Positions 1 to 9,061 of a DNA stretch of 49,262 bases are shown one piece after another. Within the stretch, counting starts at the first letter, position 1; each line of letters opens with the position of its first letter. Location: positions 1 to 49,262 of the forward strand of contig CAIYWZ010000124.1 in assembly GCA_903930075.1 (NCBI GenBank). The letters run 5' to 3'. The DNA is from an uncultured Alphaproteobacteria bacterium (GTDB lineage Bacteria > Pseudomonadota > Alphaproteobacteria > CAIYWZ01). The notes beneath the pieces were generated by a model. That model ran no database searches, was not told the origin of the DNA, and saw only the letters and a list, made by a program, of their open reading frames with translations. The position numbers and the translations under genes are program-made.

Positions 1-39
1 GCGAAGACACTCTTTCCCTACACGACGCTCTTCCGATCT
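1..39. other. Illumina TruSeq-type adapter remnant (non-biological)
   Basis: Positions 7-39 read ACACTCTTTCCCTACACGACGCTCTTCCGATCT, the read-1 primer part of the Illumina universal/i5 adapter. The preceding GCGAAG looks like the tail of an i5 index. Confidence 0.95.
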
Positions 40-300
40 GTGCAATCCAACAATCCAGACTTGTTTAAAATACTCCTCAAACTTGGCGCGGATAAAAACT
101 TAACAAATTGCTTTGGAAAAACGCCCCTGGAACTTGCCCAAGAACTTCAGTCTCAAGAAATGATTGATATTCTTCTTTCGCCCACCCTCTTTAAAAAGAA
201 AGTTCCCGAAAAAATTGATTATTTTTCTCTGCTCAGCGCCTATTTGCTGGATAGGATTGGATATATCTTATTTGGAATAAACTTGGGAGAATATTCATAA
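40..300 (+). CDS. Ankyrin-repeat protein, C-terminal fragment (5' end cut by contig/adapter junction)
   Basis: LLKLGADKNLTNCFGKTPLELA is an ankyrin consensus (G-x-TPL). The ORF abuts the adapter, so the listed start is an artefact. Confidence 0.7.
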   Translation: MQSNNPDLFKILLKLGADKNLTNCFGKTPLELAQELQSQEMIDILLSPTLFKKKVPEKIDYFSLLSAYLLDRIGYILFGINLGEYS

Positions 301-326
301 ATCATTAATCTTGAATAATTTATGAT

Positions 327-1496
327 TTACTTCAAATTTTGTAAACATTCTTTGATGTGCCCCGCATTAATTTTTGGGATCATATCATGAAGAACCGGGC
401 CTGCCTTTAATCGATCTGCTTCTTTTTCGATGATAATTTCACATAAAGTTCCTGTTTCTTTAAAATTTCCTAAAGGCGCAAGGGTGGCTGGATCAACAAC
501 CCATTCGCTTTTTTCTAAGGCAAGGCCGTCTTCTTCAAGTTCAAGAAAATCAATGGCTGATTTATGGGCGGCGTGGAAAAATTCTGATGCGCTTTCTAAG
601 AAAAAGCTTTTTTCATATTTGACCTTACTTTTTTGTACAATGCGTATATGATTTTTGGCGCCAATCATATCATCAAAATCATTTGCAAGATCTGGATTAA
701 AAACCCTTGGTGATTCATAGGTGAAAACTCTGATATTTCCTTTTATTTTTTCCGCAGTCATTTTTATATCTATCTTGGCGTTTGAAAGTTCTTCCATTTG
801 ATGGAGCAGTTCATTTTTAATCATCAGGGCGATAATTTGGGAAGCAGCTCCCCCTAAACTATGTCCATAAATAGAAATTTTGGCTTTTTGCAAAAATTCA
901 CCAAAATCAGCATCTTTACTTTCTTCAAAATCTTTTTTTAATCTTTGAAAAATACCCCCCCAAATTGAATCGATCATGGAGTGGGCATAACGATAAAATC
1001 CCGCATGAACTTTTTTCTCAGTCTGGGTCATTTGGCTTAAATCAACGCGAATTGTATTTGATCGTTCTTGTTTTTCTTCGTCATCGTCCCAAAGGAGTGT
1101 TAAATGATCTGAAGAAAGCTGATACATTTTAAAATTTGTAAACCAATCTGTTCTTGCAAATACACCATTTGTGCCGCGAATCGCTATGATAAGTTCCCCA
1201 TTCTCCGGGTTTTTTGCAACAAATCCACATGGTGTTATCACATCATTATGAATCCCTGTTTTTCCTGTAAACGTTTTGCGATCAATCAGATTTTTCATAC
1301 GGGGAAATTCTCTGAGATATTTTTCTTCTTTTTCAGGAGAGTGTTTGTACGCAAGTCCTGCAATTTCTCTGCCATACTGAATTTCATCCACAATTTTTTT
1401 CCAAGGAACATCATCTGCGTTACACAGTTTTCCCAATAAAATGAAAGCAAAAAAACTATTTCTTCTTTGAGAAATCAATCGTGACAACATTGTCAT
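327..1496 (-). CDS. Class-3 (fungal-type) lipase family protein, probably secreted
   Basis: Nucleophile elbow YGHSLGGAAS and the IIAIRGT strand motif. Paralogue of 42785..43732. I chose the start at Met20 of the listed ORF (1496), but this is uncertain. The gene overlaps the sspB 3' end. Confidence 0.75.
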   Translation of the reverse strand: MTMLSRLISQRRNSFFAFILLGKLCNADDVPWKKIVDEIQYGREIAGLAYKHSPEKEEKYLREFPRMKNLIDRKTFTGKTGIHNDVITPCGFVAKNPENGELIIAIRGTNGVFARTDWFTNFKMYQLSSDHLTLLWDDDEEKQERSNTIRVDLSQMTQTEKKVHAGFYRYAHSMIDSIWGGIFQRLKKDFEESKDADFGEFLQKAKISIYGHSLGGAASQIIALMIKNELLHQMEELSNAKIDIKMTAEKIKGNIRVFTYESPRVFNPDLANDFDDMIGAKNHIRIVQKSKVKYEKSFFLESASEFFHAAHKSAIDFLELEEDGLALEKSEWVVDPATLAPLGNFKETGTLCEIIIEKEADRLKAGPVLHDMIPKINAGHIKECLQNLK

Positions 1497-1905
1497 CGGA
1501 GCTAATATCAGGTTTTGGATCATTGGGTTCATTGTCATCCTCGTAGTTATCATTGGAAAGTAGGGGTAAGAATTCTAAACCGAAATCTGCATAAGGGTCG
1601 ACAAAGGCAATGAGTGAATCGAAAGGAATATAAATGTTGTGACTGGATCCATCGAAACTTAAAACAACGCCAAAACCTTTGAGATCAACTTCTAAATCCC
1701 AAAATTGATGTTGAAGCACAATGGTCATTTCTTCAGGATTTTCTTCCCTGAGATAATCCGGCAAAACAAGTTTGGGGTGATTTGTTTGAAAAGTGATGAA
1801 AAAATGGTGATTCGAAGGAAGCCCTCCCTTTTCCACCTGTGTTAAAACATCAATGAGTAATGATTTGAACTTCTCTTGAAGCATTTTTTCATAATCAAAA
1901 AACAT
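1456..1905 (-). CDS. sspB: ClpXP adaptor SspB (alphaproteobacterial type)
   Basis: HHFFITFQT and EEMTIVLQHQFWDLEV match my recollection of Caulobacter SspB-alpha (HHFYITF, EMTIVLQHQYWDL). The tail is acidic. Confidence 0.8.
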   Translation of the reverse strand: MFFDYEKMLQEKFKSLLIDVLTQVEKGGLPSNHHFFITFQTNHPKLVLPDYLREENPEEMTIVLQHQFWDLEVDLKGFGVVLSFDGSSHNIYIPFDSLIAFVDPYADFGLEFLPLLSNDNYEDDNEPNDPKPDISSDDNVVTIDFSKKK

Positions 1906-1932
1906 ACGCCTAATATCCCTTTAAATATATAA

Positions 1933-2246
1933 ATAACGAAAACGGGGGCATTCTGTTGCCCGGGGCCCCCTAACCGCGTCTACTTAAGCAGCGATAGCAA
2001 AATTGCCATTGCTTGCAACACGAGCCTTGCGGTTCGCGTTACGTGCGTTACGAAGACGTGCAGCTACATTTGCGTTTGCACTTATGATTTTTAGTCCGAT
2101 ATCGGCGGTACCATGCCGGGCAAAGTTCTTCTCTTTACTACGTACGTCGATCCTAATTCATCCCCATAACATAAATGGTGGAGATGCCGGGTTCCGCCCC
2201 CGGGTCCGTTCCGCTTATTCCAAAAGCGGTTTATCACCATAGTCTT
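1933..2246 (-). ncRNA. ssrA: tmRNA (ssrA), circularly permuted two-piece alphaproteobacterial form
   Basis: On the minus strand the acceptor piece ends ...GGACCCGGGGGCGGAACCCGGCATCTCCACCA (CCA at 2176). A 10-nt spacer follows, then the coding piece starts GGGGATGAATTAGGATCGACG at 2165. GGGGAUG pairs with CAUCUCC and includes a G3:U wobble. The tag ORF runs 2079..1987 and ends ...NFAIAA-TAA. A GGGGGC...GCCCCC hairpin with a U-tract lies at ~1935-1970. The outer ends are approximate. Confidence 0.9.
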
Positions 2247-2340
2247 TGATTTCTCAACGACACTTTATATATAGCATACTTTTATTCTATTTGTGAAGTA
2301 AATGATTGAAATCACTTTATATAAAGAATATAGTTGAAAC

Positions 2341-4281
2341 ATGATGTATAAAATAATAAAAAAATTAACTTACCCGTGTTTACTTTTAAGTATTTGTAAT
2401 CCTGTGCAAAGTACAGGGATCGAGCATTCCCCTTCTTGTAGAAGTTACTTTTTTAAAGGGCTTACCGCGCCACAGTTTCAAAAAAATACCCCTGAATCTT
2501 TTTTGTGCCCACAAACTCAAAATTTAATCATGTGGTTGCGTCATCTCAAATCCAATTCACCCGAAACATTTGATGAGCGTGTGCGATTTTTGATGAAAAA
2601 TGCAGATATGCCTTCGTGTGAGCAATTACAAAAGATGACGGAAAATTCTTTGTCTTCTGCGTGTGATCCTCAGGTTGTGCGCATTTTCTTTTCAAAAATG
2701 CCTCCTGTCACCTCAAAAGGGTCTTTTATTTGGGGCTCATTGCTTTTAGAGGATGGTCAAATTGAACAGGCTCATGTGATCTTGAAAAATGCTTGGCATA
2801 GATTTGACTTCTCCCTTCCCCAGCAAGAGGCTTTTCTTGCGAAATTCCGAAATATTTTGGCAGAGGCCGATTATAAAAAACGTATTGATTTTCTCTTTGC
2901 ATCCAAAAAATATGATCAAGTTAAAGCTCTTTTGCATGTTTTACCTCAAAAAATAAAAACCCTTGCAATAGGTCGGTTGTCTGTGATTGCAAAAAAACCA
3001 TCGATGGATTTAGATGTTCAATTGGTGGCAAGCGATTATAGACAAGACCCTGGTTTGATGTATGATTTGATATCCTATTTTAATGGGAGGGAAGATTATA
3101 GTGAAAGTTTAAAACTGATTGCCCACATGAAGCCTTCTATACCAGAAGAAGTGGCAGGATTTTTTAGACAAAGATCTATTTTAGCCAGGCAAGCCTTAAA
3201 GGAGCGCAAATATCAGCTTGCCTTTGAAATTGCGACAGATCACGGCATTAAATTATCTAAAGAAACTCAAAGATCTTTTAGTGGTGCATCGGAATTTTCA
3301 GGGTGGATTGCACTTGAATATATGGGGGAACCAGCCCAGGCCCTTGAATATTTTACAACTGCTTTTGACACATATAAGACAAAATTTAGTAAATCTAAAG
3401 CCGCTTTTTATGCAAGCTTAGCTCAAGCAAAAATGAAAAACGTCAAGAGTCAAAAGCTTTGGCTTGAAAAAGCTGCAGAGGCGCCTGGTTCTTTTTATGG
3501 ACAATTGGCTCTTTCCCAGCTGCAAAGACCCTTTCCTGAGTATATGAATATTGCAGGGGCTTCGGTGCGCGTTCAAAATCACCCACTCATCAATTACGGA
3601 AAACTTTTATGTTATTTCGATCAATTTGAGCAAGCATCTTTGTTTTTTGAAAAAGCATTGAAGGATTTGAAATCTAAAGAAGATTATATTCATTTTGCCA
3701 ATATTATCACAAAAAATTTACCCATCCATAATAGAGTTCATCTGTTTAAAATGATGATGAAAGATGAGCATATTCTTTTTAAAGAAGCCTTTCCCGTGCC
3801 AAATCATTTAGAAAAATTAAATTCGAGAAATTTGAGTGTGTTTTTAAGTCTGATGCTCCAGGAAAGCAACTTTAATGAAAAAGCTATTTCTTCTGCCGGT
3901 GCCTTAGGTATTGCCCAGGTTATGCCACGTACGGCCAAAGAAACTGCCAAGAAAATGAAAATTTCTTACATTGCTAAAAATCTCATGAATGGGGACTATA
4001 ACAGTAAAATTGGAAACTTTCATTTCAATGAACTTTTTGATTCCTTTAGTTCTTCGATTATCTTAAGCAGCGCTGCCTATAATGCGGGGAAAGACAAAGT
4101 CCTAGAATGGATTCAAACCTATGGTGATCCAAGGACGCAAAACGCCAACAAGCTTTCCTTTATCCAACAAATTCCCTATCATGAAACCAGAAGTTATGTG
4201 GAGTTTATCTTAGGGAATTATGGTGTTTACAAAAATATCCTTGCCCAAAGAAAAGAAAAAAAGAAGAAAAAGCGAATTTAA
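2341..4281 (+). CDS. slt: Soluble lytic murein transglycosylase (Slt70-like)
   Basis: SLT catalytic motif LMLQESNFNEKAISSAGALGIAQVMP and AAYNAG. N-terminal signal peptide and superhelical repeat region. Lys-rich tail. Confidence 0.85.
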   Translation: MMYKIIKKLTYPCLLLSICNPVQSTGIEHSPSCRSYFFKGLTAPQFQKNTPESFLCPQTQNLIMWLRHLKSNSPETFDERVRFLMKNADMPSCEQLQKMTENSLSSACDPQVVRIFFSKMPPVTSKGSFIWGSLLLEDGQIEQAHVILKNAWHRFDFSLPQQEAFLAKFRNILAEADYKKRIDFLFASKKYDQVKALLHVLPQKIKTLAIGRLSVIAKKPSMDLDVQLVASDYRQDPGLMYDLISYFNGREDYSESLKLIAHMKPSIPEEVAGFFRQRSILARQALKERKYQLAFEIATDHGIKLSKETQRSFSGASEFSGWIALEYMGEPAQALEYFTTAFDTYKTKFSKSKAAFYASLAQAKMKNVKSQKLWLEKAAEAPGSFYGQLALSQLQRPFPEYMNIAGASVRVQNHPLINYGKLLCYFDQFEQASLFFEKALKDLKSKEDYIHFANIITKNLPIHNRVHLFKMMMKDEHILFKEAFPVPNHLEKLNSRNLSVFLSLMLQESNFNEKAISSAGALGIAQVMPRTAKETAKKMKISYIAKNLMNGDYNSKIGNFHFNELFDSFSSSIILSSAAYNAGKDKVLEWIQTYGDPRTQNANKLSFIQQIPYHETRSYVEFILGNYGVYKNILAQRKEKKKKKRI

Positions 4282-4294
4282 AAGTTAAAAAAAT

Positions 4295-4324
4295 CCCCTT
4301 ACAAAAAAATAATTCTGTAAGGGG
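4295..4324. terminator. Bidirectional hairpin between convergent slt and rplT
   Basis: CCCCTTACA (4295-4303) pairs with TGTAAGGGG (4316-4324), with A/T runs on both sides. Confidence 0.55.
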
Positions 4325-4332
4325 AGAAATGG

Positions 4333-4692
4333 TTACGCAGCCAGAGCTTTTGCGGCTTGGTCTACGATTGCTTTGAAAGCTTCGGGTTCGCGGATCGCAA
4401 GGTCTGAAAGAACTTTACGGTCGATTTGGATTCCGGCTTTGAGTAATCCGTTGATAAAACGGGAGTACGTTAAACCATGTAATCTCACCCCTGCATTAAT
4501 ACGTTGGATCCAAAGAGCCCTGAATTCGCGCTTGCGGACTCTGCGGTCTCTGAAAGAATATTTTAGAGCCTTTTCAACGCGTTCGAACGCGGGTCTGAAA
4601 CAGGTGCTGGAACGGCCTCTGAATCCTTTGGCCATCTTTAGAATTTTTTTGTGGCGTGCGTGTGTTGTAACGCCTCTTTTTACACGTGACAT
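4333..4692 (-). CDS. rplT: 50S ribosomal protein L20
   Basis: [27 protein letters not shown] is the canonical L20 N-terminus. Confidence 0.97.
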   Translation of the reverse strand: MSRVKRGVTTHARHKKILKMAKGFRGRSSTCFRPAFERVEKALKYSFRDRRVRKREFRALWIQRINAGVRLHGLTYSRFINGLLKAGIQIDRKVLSDLAIREPEAFKAIVDQAAKALAA

Positions 4693-4714
4693 ATTTTAAA
4701 TCTCCTTTTCAAGT

Positions 4715-4912
4715 CTATAGATACGGCATATATTTGCGAACAATTTTAGCATCGACGTCAGCTAGAATCATTGTGCCTCTTGCTGATCTTTTCATATCTT
4801 GAGATTTATTTCTCATCATGTGTCTCATTTTTGCAGAACCTACACGGATTTTTCCGGTAGCTGTCACGGAGAAACGCTTTTTAGCTCCGCTCTTGGTTTT
4901 CATTTTTGGCAT
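4715..4912 (-). CDS. rpmI: 50S ribosomal protein L35
   Basis: [14 protein letters not shown]. Lies directly upstream of rplT, as in the usual operon. Confidence 0.95.
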   Translation of the reverse strand: MPKMKTKSGAKKRFSVTATGKIRVGSAKMRHMMRNKSQDMKRSARGTMILADVDAKIVRKYMPYL

Positions 4913-5100
4913 TTTATTGATCTTTCATTTTTAAATGTTACACTCTTCATAAGGCTAGATGGCATGCCAGGTTGTACTAAAAACCCGCCAGATTGCACTT
5001 ATTTTATTAATTCTTATATCAAAGAATGAAAAATATTGCAAGTTTTTTATTCTTTGTGTATATATCGAAATTCGAAAATAGAAAAAAGAAAATTCAAACC

Positions 5101-5784
5101 ATGATGAAAAGACTATTTATACTCATATTATTTTTATTCAGTCCTCTTTTGGCAACGGAAAAAATGCCAATGGATCTTACAACAGAATTAGTTCAAGCAA
5201 TTCATGATCATAATTTTGAAAAAATGGCTGAGTATATTGTTGAAATATTAGATCAAGATTTAGATGTAAATCAACCAGACAAAAATGGGATTCGTCCACT
5301 ATATCATGCTGCTCAAACCGGAAATTTCGATATTGTCAGAAAACTTACATTTGTGACTCTAGATCTTAATGAGCAGAATGAAGATTTTAAAAGAACAGCT
5401 CTACATGCGGCATCATTTTATGAGCATTTTGATGTGGTTCAATATTTACTTGATCTTGGTGCAAACGTGAATGTGGCGGGCACAAAAGGTGATACACCAC
5501 TTCATGCAGCGGTTTTTAAAAACAATCTAAAAATTGCAACACTTTTAATAAGAAATAAGGCCGATACAAATGCAGTTGGAATTCATGGAATTACACCTCT
5601 TTATATTGCGCTTCATCAAAACTATATCGACATGGCAAAGCTTTTAATCACCCATAATGCACAATTTTTAAATGATAAAAATCTTCTTGCCATGGTGGAA
5701 TCAAAGCCCGAATTTTCTTCTTGGATTTTATCAAATGGGTTATTGCTTTCCGGATCTAAAAGAAAAAGATACAGCGTCAAATAG
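5101..5784 (+). CDS. Secreted ankyrin-repeat protein
   Basis: Signal peptide MMKRLFILILFLFSPLLA, then about 5 ankyrin repeats (GIRPLYHAAQTGN, RTALHAASFYEH, GDTPLHAAVFKNN, GITPLYIALHQN). I moved the start to the ATG at 5101. Confidence 0.8.
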   Translation: MMKRLFILILFLFSPLLATEKMPMDLTTELVQAIHDHNFEKMAEYIVEILDQDLDVNQPDKNGIRPLYHAAQTGNFDIVRKLTFVTLDLNEQNEDFKRTALHAASFYEHFDVVQYLLDLGANVNVAGTKGDTPLHAAVFKNNLKIATLLIRNKADTNAVGIHGITPLYIALHQNYIDMAKLLITHNAQFLNDKNLLAMVESKPEFSSWILSNGLLLSGSKRKRYSVK

Positions 5785-5791
5785 GTTGTAT

Positions 5792-7474
5792 TTATTTTTT
5801 CAATGGAATAATTGAACTTTCTAAGTCAATCAAAGATGCGCGTTCTGCTTCTTGGCGCGTAATATCTAGGAAAATGACAAGATTTGATCCATCCGGTAGG
5901 GGGATATAGGAAAATTGATAAATATTTGTGTTTGTTAAATAAAGTTGACGAATTTTGGGGGCCCGGTCGCTCATATTATCTAAAATATGGTTTTTATAAT
6001 CTTCCCAATTTTGCGGCAAAATCAGAAGATTTTTAATGGCTTCGATCAAATGCGTCACATGGGAGCCGCTTTTACGTTGATCATCTTTCAGGCCCCAGAG
6101 AAGACCTAAAGCAGGATTTGTTAAAATAACCCGGTTATCCGTACCAAAGAGCAAAATGCCCTCATACAAATGATCAATACTTTCTCTGTAAACCGCGAGC
6201 ATCACGCGCAAGTCGCTCTCTAATTTGAGATAACTTGTGACATCTTCGACAGTCATAATAATCCCTCCAAGTGGATGGGGTGTTTGGACAATGCGTAATA
6301 TTTTTCCATCGGGTCGATGCTGGATTTCTTCTACTGGACCTGTGAGCGTGTTGAAAAGCTCAATTCGTACCGTGCGATATTCTTTATAATCGATAATTTC
6401 TGGAAGTTGCCTACGTTCTCTCAAATCGTCCAAAACTTCTCCCATTGTTGGCTGACGATTTAAGAAATTTTCATCCGCTTTAGAAACTGTCAAGTAGGCT
6501 TGATTATAGGTGCGGATACGGGTCTTTTCGTCAAAAATAGCAACGGCCGTATTAAATAAACTATCAAGAACATTTTTTTCTACCTGTTTGTAGCGATTAA
6601 AATTTTCCCTTAAAGTTTCTTCCCGCGTTAAATCTACGGCGTATCCCCCATGAACTCCTGCATAAGTTGCTGGGAATTCACATACTTCCATTACATGCCT
6701 ATTTCCTTGAATAATGGTAAAAAATCTTTTTTTCTGAGGTTGGGCACTTTGTAAAACTTCCATCGAAAATCTATAAGGATCTTTTTTATCGATCCAACTT
6801 GGAATTTCCATGGATTTTCGAATCACTGTTTCTGGAGTCACATCTAAAAGCGCGGCGTACGCTTTATTTGCGTATATAATATGAAACTGTTCATCCCTTA
6901 TCCATGCAGGAAAGGGAAGGATGTCCATTAAATTTTTGAGCTTAAACGCATCACGTACCAGAATACGTTGTTCCTCTTCCTGAAGAAGATCTGTGTCTCT
7001 AAACCAAATAATATTGAGTGACATCCCTTCTTCGTCAAAATGGTAACCTTTGGCAAACATTTTTTTTAAATCGAGCATCATGATTTCGATTTGAAAGGGG
7101 ATATGATCCGTATGGAGTAAAGAGATTTTGGTTTGAAGTTTTTTTTGTGAATCTTCCTGCAAAAGCTCAAAAATAGGGCTCAGCTCAAAAAGGCTACCCG
7201 GATTCATATCAAAAAGCTTACAAAAATATTTTGAATGAAAAAATGGAATGGGTTTGTCCCAAACATGCCCCCATGCACACCAAACTCCTTCGGTTGATTC
7301 CATCAATAGTTTTGATCTGACCAAATCAAAGGCAAGTTTTTGATTCATCTTTTTATAAAGATTTAAAGATACGCTCTGCCAAAGTGCAACCAAAAGCATA
7401 ACAAGAAACAAAATTCCAAAAATGAAACTTAATTGTTCCGACAGTGATGTTGACGCGTTTAAAAAAGAAATCAC
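5792..7474 (-). CDS. Membrane-anchored multi-PAS sensor protein lacking a histidine-kinase core
   Basis: N-terminal TM helix. PAS-like blocks are FPAWIRDEQFHIIYANKAYAALLDV, AVAIFDEKTRIRTYNQAYL and GILLFGTDNRVILTNPALGLLWGL. The protein ends in a coiled-coil-like linker with no H-box or ATPase domain. Confidence 0.6.
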   Translation of the reverse strand: MISFLNASTSLSEQLSFIFGILFLVMLLVALWQSVSLNLYKKMNQKLAFDLVRSKLLMESTEGVWCAWGHVWDKPIPFFHSKYFCKLFDMNPGSLFELSPIFELLQEDSQKKLQTKISLLHTDHIPFQIEIMMLDLKKMFAKGYHFDEEGMSLNIIWFRDTDLLQEEEQRILVRDAFKLKNLMDILPFPAWIRDEQFHIIYANKAYAALLDVTPETVIRKSMEIPSWIDKKDPYRFSMEVLQSAQPQKKRFFTIIQGNRHVMEVCEFPATYAGVHGGYAVDLTREETLRENFNRYKQVEKNVLDSLFNTAVAIFDEKTRIRTYNQAYLTVSKADENFLNRQPTMGEVLDDLRERRQLPEIIDYKEYRTVRIELFNTLTGPVEEIQHRPDGKILRIVQTPHPLGGIIMTVEDVTSYLKLESDLRVMLAVYRESIDHLYEGILLFGTDNRVILTNPALGLLWGLKDDQRKSGSHVTHLIEAIKNLLILPQNWEDYKNHILDNMSDRAPKIRQLYLTNTNIYQFSYIPLPDGSNLVIFLDITRQEAERASLIDLESSIIPLKK

Positions 7475-7528
7475 CTATGAATAATCCTCCCAATTGATAT
7501 ATACATATTAAACGATTGTGAAATAAAA

Positions 7529-8116
7529 TCAATTGGAAGAAAAAGATTCATTCCGTGGAGCAACGAATAGATCATCTTTTAAGGAGATATTTTTTTCTAA
7601 GGAAGAAAGACTTACATCGATGACATTCCCCTGCGGGTCAATGGCAACCCATTTGCGTAATTCCAAAGGTGTTTCTGTGAAAACAAACGTAATTGTTCCA
7701 GCTTCCATGGTATCGCGTTTTGTAAAGGTGACTTTCAAAATCCCTTGACTTGATTCTATGTTTTGAACATCGGCACTCTCGAAGGAAAATGTTTCCTGAA
7801 GCATCATCTCCGCTGGAGAAGAAGAAAGAGGGATATGACTGGCTTGCTTGAGATCTTTGTCATAGTTGGTCATCCAAAACCCATCGCTGATCATCAAAAG
7901 AGGGGAGGTATCCCCATAATCAGCGCGCATTTTTCCAGGTTTTTTAATATAAAAGTCTCCTTTTAAAACAGAAGAGTGATTATTAATTTGAGAAAACGAA
8001 GCTTTTAGGGTTTGAATCCCATTAAAGTAATTCTCAATTTTTTTCAAACGCGGGTCATTGTTAAAATCTCCACAAAGAGCCAAGGGAAAACACAAGAAAA
8101 ATAAAAAAATACGCAA
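7529..8116 (-). CDS. lolA: Outer-membrane lipoprotein carrier LolA
   Basis: Signal peptide plus LKASFSQ...GDFYIKKPGKMRADY, the LolA family pattern. Confidence 0.75.
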   Translation of the reverse strand: MRIFLFFLCFPLALCGDFNNDPRLKKIENYFNGIQTLKASFSQINNHSSVLKGDFYIKKPGKMRADYGDTSPLLMISDGFWMTNYDKDLKQASHIPLSSSPAEMMLQETFSFESADVQNIESSQGILKVTFTKRDTMEAGTITFVFTETPLELRKWVAIDPQGNVIDVSLSSLEKNISLKDDLFVAPRNESFSSN

Positions 8117-8236
8117 AACTAAATCCTTTAAAAACTTTTTATCAATCTAACAAAATCGCCTTCTTCAGGCAAGGGAAATCGAGATATTGCGAAAGAGAGT
8201 TCATTTTGGTATACTCCAAGTTAATTAATTTATATT

Positions 8237-9061
8237 TTGGGTGAACTTAATTTGGATCAATCTGGGAAAAGTCTTTTTATCTTTGGATTTGGGTATGTGG
8301 CTCAATTTTTGAGCGCGGCACTTGTAAAAAAAGGATGGAAAATTGGGGGGACAACGCGCGATGAAATGAAAGCGATGTCTTTAAGGCGCTGGGGGTATGA
8401 AGTTTCAAGAGATTTGAAAATACCAGAAGGATATACCCATGTCCTTTATTCTATTCCCCCTTCTTCTGAAATTGACGTGAGTTTTTTAAAAGATCTTTCT
8501 TCCTTAAAATGGTTTGGATATTTATCGGCAACGAGTGTTTATGGGGATCATCATGGAGCTTGGGTGAATGAGGGAAGTTTGACCAATCCTGTTTCCGTTG
8601 AAGGAATGAACAGGCTTTCTGCCGAACTTGCTTTAAAAAATCTGGCCCTTCCTTTGCATATCTTTCGCTTAAGTGGAATTTATGGGCCTAAGCGTAATGC
8701 TTTGGAAAGTGTGAAGGCGGGCAAAGCCCAAAGAATTGATAAACCAGGACATTTTATTTCCAGGATTCATGTGGATGATATTGTTCGGATTTTAGAAGCT
8801 TCTCTTGAAAATCCAATTCCTGGAGAAGTGTTCAACCTCGCTGATGCCCATCCGTGTGCGTCAAGGGATGTGATCGAATATGCGTGTAAGCTGCTCAAAG
8901 TGGATCCTCCTGCGCTGATTCCTTATTCAAATGTTCTCCCTGATCATATTCGTCGTTTCTATGAGGAAAACAAACGTGTTGATGGGGGGAAAGCTTTGAA
9001 AACCTTTGGAATTTCTCTTAAATATTATAGCTATCGAGAGGGCCTTGGGTCTTTGATATGA
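8237..9061 (+). CDS. NAD(P)-binding SDR / epimerase-family oxidoreductase
   Basis: Rossmann motif LFIFGFGYVAQ, SATSVYGD, and Y-x3-K-like GIYGPKR. The TTG start is uncertain. Confidence 0.6.
   Translation: MGELNLDQSGKSLFIFGFGYVAQFLSAALVKKGWKIGGTTRDEMKAMSLRRWGYEVSRDLKIPEGYTHVLYSIPPSSEIDVSFLKDLSSLKWFGYLSATSVYGDHHGAWVNEGSLTNPVSVEGMNRLSAELALKNLALPLHIFRLSGIYGPKRNALESVKAGKAQRIDKPGHFISRIHVDDIVRILEASLENPIPGEVFNLADAHPCASRDVIEYACKLLKVDPPALIPYSNVLPDHIRRFYEENKRVDGGKALKTFGISLKYYSYREGLGSLI

Noticed and set aside
2003-2242. 79-aa ORF on the + strand
   Set aside because: It lies entirely antisense to the tmRNA gene. Its Arg/Ala-rich composition simply mirrors the tag-coding and structured RNA sequence.
4373-4699. 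108-aa ORF on the + strand
   Set aside because: It is antisense to the unambiguous rplT gene and is a shadow ORF.
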